Positions 32,740 through 42,083 of a DNA stretch of 64,000 nt are shown here, in pieces. The stretch spans positions 320,001-384,000 of the forward strand of contig JBIJDH010000002.1 in assembly GCA_044344255.1 (NCBI GenBank), given 5' to 3'. The position numbers were made by a program, and so were the translations under genes. The DNA is from Myxococcota bacterium. GTDB taxonomy: Bacteria > Myxococcota_A > UBA796 > UBA2385. Each line of letters starts with the position of its first letter. The stretch's first letter is position 1. The notes beneath the pieces were generated by a model. The model had not been told where the DNA came from and made no database searches. It worked only from the letters and a program-made list of their open reading frames with translations.

Positions 32740-33660
32740 CTACCGCACCGCGTTGAGGGCGGCCTCGGTGAGCAGGCCGTGGCGCACGCCCCCGTCGCTC
32801 ACCCGCACGCTGTCCTTGTGGACGGCGGTGACGATGGCCTCGATCACGCAGGCGCCGGCGAGCAAGAAATCGGCCCGCTCTGGGCTCACGGCCGACATCT
32901 GGCGGCGCTCCTCGGGGCCGGCGCCGAGCAGGGCGTCGATGTGGCGGCGCAGGGCGGCGCGGGTCAGCCGGAAGCCGTGCACCTTGGCGCGGTCATAGGT
33001 GGTCAGCCGCAGCTCCATCGCGGCGAGGCTGGTGGCCGTGCCGGCGACCGCGACGAGGGAGCGCGGCAACACGGGCCACTGCAAGGTCGCCACCTGGTCC
33101 GAGACGAGCTGCCGGAGCTGGGCCAGCTTCTCCGGCCGGTAGCGGTCGATCGTCGTGCCGAAGAAGCGCTCGGTGAGGCGCACGGTGCCGAGCTCGAGCG
33201 AGCTCCGCATGCCGATGTGATCTCCCTCTCCGAGCACCACCTCGGTGCTGCCGCCGCCGAGATCGATGACCGCCACGGGCCCCTCCGCGAGCTGCAGGCC
33301 GCCGAGGGCGCCGAGCCAGGTGAGCTGGGCCTCTTCGACCCCCTCGACCACCCGCACGCCGAGGCCGGTCTGCTCGCGCACCCGCTCGAAGAAGGTGCCG
33401 GCGTTGAGGGCGCGGCGGGCGGCGCTGGTGGCGACGGCGTGCACCGCGGTGGGGTGGACGCCGTAGCGGGTGGCCGTGGCGGCGAAGTCGGCGAGCACGG
33501 CCTGGGCGTCAGCCATGCGGTCGGGGCGGAAGAGCCCGCGGTCGCCGAGGCCCTTGCCGAGGCCCACCACGCGGACCTCGTCGTGCAGGACCCTCCCCTC
33601 CTCGTCGATGATGAGGAGGAGGAGGCTGTTGCTGCCGATGTCGATGGAGGCGCGGTTCAC
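32740..33660 (-). CDS. ppx: Ppx/GppA phosphatase family protein (short form)
   Basis: IDIGSNS, ATSAARRA, EEA, IDLGGGSTE, GVRHG. Confidence 0.93.
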   Translation of the reverse strand: MNRASIDIGSNSLLLLIIDEEGRVLHDEVRVVGLGKGLGDRGLFRPDRMADAQAVLADFAATATRYGVHPTAVHAVATSAARRALNAGTFFERVREQTGLGVRVVEGVEEAQLTWLGALGGLQLAEGPVAVIDLGGGSTEVVLGEGDHIGMRSSLELGTVRLTERFFGTTIDRYRPEKLAQLRQLVSDQVATLQWPVLPRSLVAVAGTATSLAAMELRLTTYDRAKVHGFRLTRAALRRHIDALLGAGPEERRQMSAVSPERADFLLAGACVIEAIVTAVHKDSVRVSDGGVRHGLLTEAALNAVR

Positions 33661-33717
33661 GGTGACGTCCGGGGATACCAGGGCAGGGCTACCAGGGCAG
33701 GGCACCAGGGCAATGAG

Positions 33718-35091
33718 CTACCAGGGCAAGGAGGGGGACCAGGCGGGGTTCGAGTAACCGCCCCCGCCTTGGGTGAGCTGCACCTGATGCGCGCCGTCCG
33801 CCGTGCTCAGCCAGATGTGGCCGCCGCCTGCGCGGGTGGAGGAGAAGGCGATGTAGTAGCCGTCGGGGCTGAAGGAGGGGTCTTCGTTGTCGCCCTGCCC
33901 CTGGGTGATGCGGGTGAGGCCGCTGCCGTCGAGGCGGACGGTGAAGATGTCAAAGTTGCCCTCTCGGCTCACGAAGACCAGGGAGCGGCCGTCGGGCGAC
34001 CAGCTCGGATCGGTGTTCTGGCTGCCTTGGAAGGTGACCCGCCGGGGATCGGAGCCGTCGGCGTTGGCGACGTAGATGTGGGCCCCCCCCGAACGGTCAC
34101 TCACGAAGGCGATCTTCGAGCCATCGGGCGAGTACGACGGGGAGACGTCGATGCCGCTCGCCTTGGTGAGGCGGGCGAGCTCGGCGCCGGAGTTGGCGTC
34201 GATCGCGTAGATGTCAGGATCTCCGCCCGGGGAGAGCGTGAGCGCGATGCGGCCGCCGCCCGGCGCCCAGGTGGCCCCGGTGTTGATGCCGGAGCGCGAC
34301 GATAGGCGAGTGATGCGCCCCTTGCCGAGGTCGGCGACGTAGAGGTCAGGGTTGCCAGAGAGGTAGGAGGTAAACGCGATACGACCGGCGCCCGGATCCC
34401 AAGAGGGCTGGAGGTTGATCGAGCCGTTCTTCGTGACCGGGCTCAGGCCGTGGCCGTCGAAGTCGACCGTGTAGATCTCCTTGTTGCCGTTCTTGCCGAA
34501 CTTACCGACGACCGCGAAGCGGGTGTTGAAGGGCCCCTGCTTGCCGGTGACCGCGAGGATGATCTCGTTGGCGACCTTGTGGGCGAGGGTGCGCACCTTG
34601 GTCACATCGGCGGTGAAGGCCTTGGCGTCAAGCTTCTCGCGGCCCGGCACCGCGTAGACCCAGGCCTCGGCCCGCAGCTTGCCGCCGCTCATCGAGAGGC
34701 TCGTCTTGGCCAGCACGGTGGTGCCGATGACGTCCCAGTCCTCGAAGCGAAACTGCCCGAGCTGGATGCCGGTGCCCGCAGGCTCGACGTAGCCGGCGGG
34801 ATCGACGATGTTGAACCAACCGGAGAGGTTGAGGTCGCGCGTGAGGACCTCGTAGAACTCCTTGGCCTCTGCGCTCCCGCCGGTGGGCTTGGGCAGGCCG
34901 ATCGTCATCTTGGTCGCCCCGGGCGAGGGCGCCACGGTGAAGCCAAGCCGAGGCTCGGGGGGCGCGTCCTGCGCGAGGCCGCGGGGCGAGAGCAGCAAGG
35001 CGGCGACCAGGGCCGCGGTGACGGAGCCCAGGGCGCGCTGCGCGATGAACCGGCGGGCGGAGGGGGTGCGGGAGGTGCGTGTGGCGTTCAC
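33718..35091 (-). CDS. tolB: Tol-Pal beta-propeller protein TolB
   Basis: TolB_N domain (F.DW..IG, AHKVAN), PD40 repeats SPDG, C-terminal NPAWSP. Confidence 0.93.
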   Translation of the reverse strand: MNATRTSRTPSARRFIAQRALGSVTAALVAALLLSPRGLAQDAPPEPRLGFTVAPSPGATKMTIGLPKPTGGSAEAKEFYEVLTRDLNLSGWFNIVDPAGYVEPAGTGIQLGQFRFEDWDVIGTTVLAKTSLSMSGGKLRAEAWVYAVPGREKLDAKAFTADVTKVRTLAHKVANEIILAVTGKQGPFNTRFAVVGKFGKNGNKEIYTVDFDGHGLSPVTKNGSINLQPSWDPGAGRIAFTSYLSGNPDLYVADLGKGRITRLSSRSGINTGATWAPGGGRIALTLSPGGDPDIYAIDANSGAELARLTKASGIDVSPSYSPDGSKIAFVSDRSGGAHIYVANADGSDPRRVTFQGSQNTDPSWSPDGRSLVFVSREGNFDIFTVRLDGSGLTRITQGQGDNEDPSFSPDGYYIAFSSTRAGGGHIWLSTADGAHQVQLTQGGGGYSNPAWSPSLPW

Positions 35092-35942
35092 AGCTTGTCC
35101 TTGGCGACGAATTCGATCTGGACGCCGTTCTGGGCGGCAGCCCTGTACTTCGCGGGCGGAGGCGGGAAGCGCCCGGTCTTGCTGATCGCCAGGGCGGCGG
35201 AGCGGTCAAAGGTGGCGTCCCCCGTCCCCTTCAACACCTTGGGCTGCCCGAGCGTGCCGTCGGCCTCCACCTCCACCATCACGACCACCTTGTAGTTGGG
35301 GTGCGCGCTCACCGTGCTCGGCAGCGGCGTCCAATTGGGCAACAAGGCGGCCTTGCATGCGGCGTAGTACCGGGCGAGCTCGGGATCGGTGGGGCCGACG
35401 CCGGCGAAGTCGAGGATGGCGTCTTTCGGGTCAACGCCGTTGGGGTCGGTGCGGGGGCTGTTGCGGTCGCCTTCGGGGGTGCCCATGTCGCGCAGGCCGG
35501 TGAGCAGGGCCTGTTTGCGGGCGGCGTCGAGGGCCTTCTTCTTGTCGTCCTCGCGCTTCTTCTCGGCGGCCTTGTCGACCTTCTCCACCTTCTCGACCTT
35601 CTTGTCCTTCTTCGGGTCGGGGAGCGCCATCTCGGCGGGCTCCGGGGGCGGCGCGGGCGGCTCGGGGCTGGGCTCTGCCTCGGGGGCGGCGGGGACAGGG
35701 TCGGGCTCGACGGGCTCCGGGGTGTGCATCACCTTGTCGGGCAGGTTGGAGGTGGGCTTCGGCAGCGCCACCGCCGAGATCTGCATCACCTGATCGGGAT
35801 CGATCAGCGGCTTTGGATCGTGTCCGAAGAGGAGCTCCCCTGCGATCAGCACCACGGCCAAGCCGACGTGGGCCGCCAGGGAGACGACGATCTCCCAGGA
35901 GGGCGCGCGCCGAGCGCTGCCGAGGGCGGAGGGGCCGTTCAT
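35088..35942 (-). CDS. tolA: TolA / TonB C-terminal domain protein
   Basis: S-xxx-H TM anchor (SLAAH), Pro/Lys-rich stalk, GD.TFDRSA..AI....FPPPP; lies between tolR and tolB. Confidence 0.85.
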   Translation of the reverse strand: MNGPSALGSARRAPSWEIVVSLAAHVGLAVVLIAGELLFGHDPKPLIDPDQVMQISAVALPKPTSNLPDKVMHTPEPVEPDPVPAAPEAEPSPEPPAPPPEPAEMALPDPKKDKKVEKVEKVDKAAEKKREDDKKKALDAARKQALLTGLRDMGTPEGDRNSPRTDPNGVDPKDAILDFAGVGPTDPELARYYAACKAALLPNWTPLPSTVSAHPNYKVVVMVEVEADGTLGQPKVLKGTGDATFDRSAALAISKTGRFPPPPAKYRAAAQNGVQIEFVAKDKL

Positions 35943-35944
35943 GG

Positions 35945-36364
35945 TCAGTCCGCGGCCCCGGGCTCTGTCACCATCCCCATCTTCTGGATGCCCACCTTCG
36001 TACAGAGGGCCATCAGCCGCGCCACCTTCTCGTAGGCGACGGCGCCGTCGGCCTTGAGGAAGATCTGCTGGTCGGGCTTGTTCTCCTTCATCACGCGCAG
36101 GCGGGGCTCGAGCTCGGCGAACTGGAGCTCGTTCTCGTTGATGTAGTACCGCCCATCCTCCGTGATGCTCAACACCACGAGCTCGTCGGGGACGTCCATC
36201 GTGGGGGCGTCGGTGCGCGGGAGGTTCACGTTCATGCCCATCGTCATCATGGGCGTGGTGACCATGAAGATGATGAGCAAGACCAGCATCACGTCCACGA
36301 AGGGCGTGACGTTGATCTCGGCCATCATGCCGCTCTCGTCACCTTCTCCGCTGCTCATTCCCAT
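35945..36364 (-). CDS. tolR: TolR/ExbD
   Basis: EINVTPFVDVMLVLLIIFMVT. Confidence 0.95.
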   Translation of the reverse strand: MGMSSGEGDESGMMAEINVTPFVDVMLVLLIIFMVTTPMMTMGMNVNLPRTDAPTMDVPDELVVLSITEDGRYYINENELQFAELEPRLRVMKENKPDQQIFLKADGAVAYEKVARLMALCTKVGIQKMGMVTEPGAAD

Positions 36365-36376
36365 GGCACACCCCGT

Positions 36377-37111
36377 CTATCGGTTCACGAAGTGCCGCTT
36401 GATGATGTTGAGGAAGTCGTCGGAGAAGGTGTCCATCTCGTTGGTGATGACGCGGATCTGCCGATTGAAATAGTTGAAGGCCATGACCGCCGGGATGGCC
36501 GCCGCGAGGCCGACCGCCGTGGCGATGAGGGCGTGGCTGATGTCCCCGCCCACCGTCTGGATCGTGGCCTGCCCGGTGACGTCGATCTTCTGGAAGGCCC
36601 GGAGGATGCCCCAGACCGTGCCGAAGAGGCCGATGAAGGGGCCGGTAGAGCCCGTGGTGGCCAGGAAGGACATCATGCGCTCGAGCTCGGTGCGCTCGGT
36701 GATGCGGGCGCGGCGCAGGGCACGCTCGAGGTTGTCCTCGTTGGTGAGCGCGATGCCGCCCACGCCGCCGTCGTTCGTCTGGCTCGTGAGGTGGGTGAGC
36801 TCGTGGTAGCCGACCTTGAAGACCTGGGCGACAGGGCTGCCCTGGTAGCGCTCGATCTGGTCATAGACCTGGTCGAGGCGCTTGCTCTTCCAGAAGGCGT
36901 CGAGGAAGAGCTGCGAGCGCTGATCGGCCTTCCGGAGCACCGTGATCTTGTTGAGGATGATGACCCAGCACCCCACGGACATCAGCACCAGCACGAGCAG
37001 CACGAACTGCACGATGATGTCGGCCTCGAGGATGAGGCTCAACATGCTGCCGCTCTCCTTGGGCTCGACCTGGCCGATGGTCGCCAGGAAGACCTCGATC
37101 ACTCCGTGCAT
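36377..37111 (-). CDS. tolQ: TolQ
   Basis: PFIGLFGTVWGI, ALIATAVGLAAAIPAV. Confidence 0.95.
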   Translation of the reverse strand: MHGVIEVFLATIGQVEPKESGSMLSLILEADIIVQFVLLVLVLMSVGCWVIILNKITVLRKADQRSQLFLDAFWKSKRLDQVYDQIERYQGSPVAQVFKVGYHELTHLTSQTNDGGVGGIALTNEDNLERALRRARITERTELERMMSFLATTGSTGPFIGLFGTVWGILRAFQKIDVTGQATIQTVGGDISHALIATAVGLAAAIPAVMAFNYFNRQIRVITNEMDTFSDDFLNIIKRHFVNR

Positions 37112-37322
37112 GGACGCTCCAGCCCTCGGGCCCGGTCGCGGGCCCCGCTCTTGTCATGTCAACATACCGACGCACTACTACTCTGTGGGCGTCGGATCGC
37201 CCACCTGCCCCGCCCTCTGGCCCCTCGCTGTCTCCTCGCTGTCTCCCCCAGCGCGGCCGCTGGCCGGATCGGCTCGGAAAATGTTCGAGGCCGAGCCGGG
37301 CAGGCATCCACGGTCGGGGAGC

Positions 37323-38216
37323 TCAGCTCCGGAGGCCGCCGGTGACGCGCTCGCCCGACCAGCCGCTCATCCCGCCGATGACGTTGTGGATGTGCGAGCC
37401 GCCGATGCTCGTCAGGAACTCGCTGGCCAGCGCCGAGCGCCCGCCGGCCTGACAGATGCAGATGATGTGCGTCGTCTGCCCGAGCTCTTGGTACCGATGC
37501 GGCAGCTCATCGACCGGGATGTGCACGGCGCCCGGGGCGTGGTCGGCCTCGAACTCGGAGAGCGTGCGGACGTCGAGCAGGATGTAGGGGGAGTCTGTCT
37601 CGCGGAGCAGCGTCGCGGCCTGGACGGACTCGATGTTCTTGACGATGTCGGCCTTCTGTCCGGGGTTGCGGACCGCGGAGAAGCCTTGTTCATCGGCGGG
37701 TGTCGTGGCGTTGACCTCGGGATCGAGGGAGACGCCCTGCAGGCGGGCGACCTGCTCGAGCACCGTGCGCGCGCTCGGCAAACCCCGCTCCGACCAGGCC
37801 ACCCTGCCGTCCTTGCCGACGATCACGACCTGATTCTTGATGCTCGGCCGCCAGCGGCTCGCGGCGCGAAAGCCACGGGCCTCGACGCCGAGCGGATCGT
37901 AGAGGAGGTAGAACTCGAGGCCGAGGGAGCTACGGAACTCACGCAGCTTGTCGGTGCGGGCCGTGGAGACGCCGAAGAGGGCGGTCTCGAGGTCTTCGAA
38001 GCGCTGGCGTTGTTTCTGGAAGTCCTTGAGCCAGGCGTCCACCGCGTCGTCGGTGAGCGACTTGAAGAAGACCAGGACGACGTTGATGTGGCCCTTGAAG
38101 TCGGGCAGGCGGATCCAGGTGCCTTCGTCGGCGGTGAGGCTCAGGCGGGGGGCCTCTTCGCCCGGCTGCGGCGGGGGCCAGGTGACCAGGGTCTTTACAC
38201 GTTCGACGACGGACAT
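37323..38216 (-). CDS. Peroxiredoxin(BCP)-like domain fused to rhodanese
   Basis: AhpC/TSA-like N-domain (APRLSL..., VVLVFF, LLYDP) without Cys; rhodanese LLDVR..E...H.PGA, CQAGGRS, GGM.GW. Confidence 0.85.
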   Translation of the reverse strand: MSVVERVKTLVTWPPPQPGEEAPRLSLTADEGTWIRLPDFKGHINVVLVFFKSLTDDAVDAWLKDFQKQRQRFEDLETALFGVSTARTDKLREFRSSLGLEFYLLYDPLGVEARGFRAASRWRPSIKNQVVIVGKDGRVAWSERGLPSARTVLEQVARLQGVSLDPEVNATTPADEQGFSAVRNPGQKADIVKNIESVQAATLLRETDSPYILLDVRTLSEFEADHAPGAVHIPVDELPHRYQELGQTTHIICICQAGGRSALASEFLTSIGGSHIHNVIGGMSGWSGERVTGGLRS

Positions 38217-38343
38217 TCCAACCTCAGGCATTCCATCCCCAGGGGCCGCCAGGGTGGGATCCCCTGGGGTGGTGGCCCGCGAGGGCCGGTTGATCCGGGC
38301 CTGTCTACCGCGGTCTCGGGGGCCTCGCACGCCGTCGCCGCGT

Positions 38344-39078
38344 TCAGACTTCGACCGCCTCCTCCACCGGTCCTTCAATGCTGAGCAGGCCCTCGGAGGC
38401 GCGCCGGAAGACCTCCACCATGCGGGCGCCGCGGCGACGGAGGTTTCTCCGGGCGCCGAGCGCGCCCACGCCGGCGCCGACGCCGGGCAGGACGCGGATC
38501 ATCCGCGAGGCGACGGTGACGAGGGCGCGCATCGTCAGCGTGCGACCGAAGGAGGGCTCACCGTCGAAGCGGACCGGCAGGTGTCGATCGAGGACCGCGG
38601 GGAGGTCGCGGACCCGGACCGCCGCCTGCCGCTGCTCGGGGAGCTCGACGTCGAAGGCGAGCGCCAGGGCCCGGGTGAGGAGCAGCCGGCCGGCGTCGCC
38701 CTCGGGGTCGTGACCGTAGAGCACCGCGAGGCGCTGGCTGAGGCGCAGGGTCTGCACGACGGCGGCCACGAGCTCGGGGGGCACGGCGGCGAGCCCCGCC
38801 GCCCCGGCCACCGCCCCCCTCACCGTGGCGGCCCGCGCCGCACGCTCAATGAGGGTCTGGGCGGCGGCGTCGAGCTCGGCCGGGGTGGGGTGGCGGCCGG
38901 TGACGGGATCGCTCCAGAGGACTCCCTGCTCGGTGAGCTCGGCCCGAACGTCGGCCGTGCGGACGGAGGCGGCGGCGTAGAGGGTGGGGAGCAGATCCTC
39001 GTCGACACGGTCCGTCGCGTTCTTCAGGACGAGGTCGAAGAGGTGGCGCCAGGGGGTCTCGGACGGGGTCTCGGGCAT
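38344..39078 (-). CDS. EcsC-family-like protein
   Basis: GAVAGAAGL...LAVLYGHD, LPGVGAGVGA. Confidence 0.65.
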   Translation of the reverse strand: MPETPSETPWRHLFDLVLKNATDRVDEDLLPTLYAAASVRTADVRAELTEQGVLWSDPVTGRHPTPAELDAAAQTLIERAARAATVRGAVAGAAGLAAVPPELVAAVVQTLRLSQRLAVLYGHDPEGDAGRLLLTRALALAFDVELPEQRQAAVRVRDLPAVLDRHLPVRFDGEPSFGRTLTMRALVTVASRMIRVLPGVGAGVGALGARRNLRRRGARMVEVFRRASEGLLSIEGPVEEAVEV

Positions 39079-39135
39079 GGCCACATCCTATCCTGTCGAT
39101 CGCCGCGGTCGCCCCGATGGTGATAGGAGGCGCCG

Positions 39136-39411
39136 ATGGATGACCCGAGAGCCCGCTTCGAAGACCTGGTCGAGTTCCCATCGGTGTTCGTGTTCCGCGT
39201 GCTGGCTCACGCGAGCGAAGACCTCCCCGAGCGCTGTGCGGCGGCGGTCTTGGCCGACGTGCACCGTGAGGTCGAGGCCATCGAGGTCAAGCCCTCCGGT
39301 AAGGGGAATTACGTGGCGGTACGAGTGGGCGTCACGGTCGCCTCCGCCGACGAGATCCGCAGCCTCTACACCGCGCTCCACGCCGTGAGCGGCGTACGCA
39401 TGGTGCTCTGA
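39136..39411 (+). CDS. ybeD: YbeD/DUF493 family protein
   Basis: AGGAGG SD, LVEFPS.F.FRV, SGKGNYVAV, C-terminal VRMVL. Confidence 0.9.
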   Translation: MDDPRARFEDLVEFPSVFVFRVLAHASEDLPERCAAAVLADVHREVEAIEVKPSGKGNYVAVRVGVTVASADEIRSLYTALHAVSGVRMVL

Positions 39412-39468
39412 AGCGTGCTCTGAAGCGTGCTCTGAAGCGTGCTCTGAAGCGTGCTCTGAAGCGCGCTC
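39403..39468 (+). repeat. 12-bp tandem repeat GTGCTCTGAAGC x5 plus a partial copy
   Basis: Read directly; the first copy contains the ybeD stop codon. Confidence 0.97.
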
Positions 39469-39511
39469 CCAAGTTAGGGGTTCGCGGCCTCCTTCAGGCG
39501 TGGAGCTCCAG

Positions 39512-40828
39512 ATGCGAACGCGGTACCTCTCCTGGGTCGGTGTCCTCTGCCTCGGCTCGGGGGCGGCCTTCGGGGGGGCGCTCGGTCCCGGCCTGATGCT
39601 GCGCGGCGTGGTCCTCCCGCCCACGGTGATCGAGGGCGTGCGCTCGATCAAGGTGGAGCCCTTCAAGGGTACTGGCGGGGCCGAGATCAGCCGGGAGGCG
39701 GTCGCCGCCTTGAAGGACCCCGAGCGGGTCGTCGGGCGGGCGGCGCGGGCCCAGGCCGCCGATGCGATGGTCGGCGCCGCTGGCCAGATGGCGGGATCGA
39801 TGGTCGCCAGCAAGGTGGGCGGCCTCGGCGGCAAGTTTGTCTCCGGCCTGACGGAGGGGGCGGTGAACCGGGCGGCCGACGAGATCAAGGACCCCGTCCT
39901 CACCCTCGACGATGGCCTCCGCATCGACGTCTTCAAGGTCGTGGAGGGGGCCGCGGACGCCGTCCTCTCGGGATCGGTCACCGTGAAGGACAGCCTCTCG
40001 GACACCAAGAAGAAGGAGGAGGCCAAGGACAGCAAGGGGAACACGATCAAGGACGACAAGGGCCAGACCGTCTACATCGAGATCCCCTGCAAGCGCCGCT
40101 CGGTCACCGCGTCGGTCCATTGGACCCTCCGCGCCAAGGGCGGCGACAACCTCGCCGAAGAGACGGTCGAGCACAGCAACGCCGATGAGCGCTGCGGCCC
40201 CGACATCGGGAAGGTGGCGAGCGCCGAGATCCTCGCTAAGGCCGCGGTGGCCGGGGCGGGTCGGGAGCTCGTGGGGCAGTTCGCCCCCGCCTGGGATCAG
40301 GTGCGGATTGACCTCGACCGGAACAAGGCTCTGTCCGAGTCCCTCAAGCAGGCGCGGAAGGGGGAGGTCTTTCCGGCCCTCTGCGGCGTGCGCAACATGC
40401 TGCACTACACCCCCGACGACACCGACGCGCTCTACATCCTCGGTGGCCTCCACGAGGGGCTCGGCTGGTTCGACGAGGCGAGGGTCCATTACGAGCGGGC
40501 GATCGAGGTCGGGCATCACAAGGGTGCGACGAAGGCCCGGGACCGGGTGGTGGAGCGCCAGCAGGAGATCGCGCGGCTCGAGGCGGCCTATGGGCTGAAG
40601 TGGAAGATCGGCGCCGCGGACTATTCCGCCTGCCCGGAGGTCCCGGAGGGTCGGCCGGTCACCGCCAAGAAGGACGTCAACCTCACCGCGGAGCTCGGCG
40701 GCGGGGACGTCGTCGCCGAGGTCGAGAAGGGCACGCGGCTCTACGTCGTCGCCGAAGAGGGGGGCGCCCTGCAGGTCTCCACCGCCGATGGCGCCCGCGG
40801 CTGGGTGTCGGCCTTGTCGGTGAAGTAG
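39512..40828 (+). CDS. Secreted protein with TPR and C-terminal SH3-like domain
   Basis: Signal peptide, ALYILGGLHEGLG.FDEA..HYERA TPR, V.T.DG.RGWV SH3b pattern. Confidence 0.75.
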   Translation: MRTRYLSWVGVLCLGSGAAFGGALGPGLMLRGVVLPPTVIEGVRSIKVEPFKGTGGAEISREAVAALKDPERVVGRAARAQAADAMVGAAGQMAGSMVASKVGGLGGKFVSGLTEGAVNRAADEIKDPVLTLDDGLRIDVFKVVEGAADAVLSGSVTVKDSLSDTKKKEEAKDSKGNTIKDDKGQTVYIEIPCKRRSVTASVHWTLRAKGGDNLAEETVEHSNADERCGPDIGKVASAEILAKAAVAGAGRELVGQFAPAWDQVRIDLDRNKALSESLKQARKGEVFPALCGVRNMLHYTPDDTDALYILGGLHEGLGWFDEARVHYERAIEVGHHKGATKARDRVVERQQEIARLEAAYGLKWKIGAADYSACPEVPEGRPVTAKKDVNLTAELGGGDVVAEVEKGTRLYVVAEEGGALQVSTADGARGWVSALSVK

Positions 40829-40857
40829 CGCTGAGAATTAGCGCCGAGGGGCCCCGC

Positions 40858-41937
40858 TCAGCCGCGCTCCCAGCGCATCACCGGCTCATCGCGCTCCCAC
40901 CGCTCCATCGCCATCGTCGAGCCCATGAAGAGGTGGCGCTGCAGCGGGCGCCTCACCCAGGGGTTTACCCAGGCGACCGGTCGGAGGGTGGTCGGCTCGG
41001 CGGGGGGGCGGTCGATCATCAGGAGGCCCGTGACGTTGCGGTAGAGCGGGTCACGGAAGAGGCTCGAGGAGTACTCGGGACCGTAGGTGACCTCGATGCC
41101 CGGCCGATCCGAGGAGGTGCTCTGTCGGACCGGCTTGCCGTAGAGCATCTCGCGGAGGTAGCCCCGCGACACGCGCCAGGGCTGATCGGTCACACAGGAG
41201 AGGAGGACATGGCGGTCCGGGCCGTGCCGCATCCGATGATTGTCCAGCTCGAAGACGATCCGGCGCTCGAGGGCCTCGAGGGTGCGCTGGGCGTCAAACG
41301 GGCCGAGGGTGAAGGCCACCACCCCCTTTCCTTCGGTGGCGACCCCGCCGGTGAGGGCGAATTCGAGAGAGATGTTCTCGTCGTCATACGCGGCGTATCG
41401 GCCGTCCCAGCCGCCGCGGTCGACCTCACGGAGCCACATCTCGATGGCGCGGCGCACGGGCTCGGGGTCGAAGTCGTGCGGCAGCCATCGGCGGACGAGG
41501 ACGGCGATCCGCGAGCGCGAGCTCACCCGGTTGAGCGCCCGGCGGAGGCGGTCGATCACCTCCTCGTCGGGGATCGGCCGCGCCTGCCGGATGAAGGTGA
41601 GGACGATGACGTCCACCTCCCCGGCGTCCGCGTGCTGCGAGACCAAAGAGGGGCCGGGCCAACGGAGCGACCCCACCTTCCAGCCTCGCTGGGAGAGGGT
41701 GTGCGCGGTGACAGCCTCACCGAAGCCCTGAAAGAAATGCTTGTTGTCCAGCGACGTGAGGAGCTCGGTCAGCCGCTCGTTCACGGTGGGGCCGCCGACC
41801 GCCACGGCCCGCTCGATCAGCTCGCGGAGGGGCGCCGCCGCGGCGCTCGTGAGCTGCTTCAAGAAGCTGTACCCCGCGCCGGGCATCCTCCCGAGGTCAG
41901 CGAGGAGGGAGTCTGAAAATAGAGGTGCTTTCAACAT
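40858..41937 (-). CDS. Hypothetical protein (possibly a degenerate restriction-endonuclease-like fold)
   Basis: Globular composition, coding-like codon usage; start at 41937 or 41991. Confidence 0.7.
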   Translation of the reverse strand: MLKAPLFSDSLLADLGRMPGAGYSFLKQLTSAAAAPLRELIERAVAVGGPTVNERLTELLTSLDNKHFFQGFGEAVTAHTLSQRGWKVGSLRWPGPSLVSQHADAGEVDVIVLTFIRQARPIPDEEVIDRLRRALNRVSSRSRIAVLVRRWLPHDFDPEPVRRAIEMWLREVDRGGWDGRYAAYDDENISLEFALTGGVATEGKGVVAFTLGPFDAQRTLEALERRIVFELDNHRMRHGPDRHVLLSCVTDQPWRVSRGYLREMLYGKPVRQSTSSDRPGIEVTYGPEYSSSLFRDPLYRNVTGLLMIDRPPAEPTTLRPVAWVNPWVRRPLQRHLFMGSTMAMERWERDEPVMRWERG

Positions 41938-42083
41938 GTTTATTTCGGTACCTGCCGGGGAAGACAAGGCGCTTGGCGGTCTCTGGAGCATGATGTCCTC
42001 GGTGACAAAGTGCAGGCTGTGGGGCTCACGGCGGGGGAGGTGGGCGCCGGACCGCGGCGCGGTAGCCCCTCTACTCCCTGATC

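Noticed and set aside
39403..39468. Tandem repeat as a CRISPR array
   Set aside because: 12-bp units with no spacers and no cas genes.
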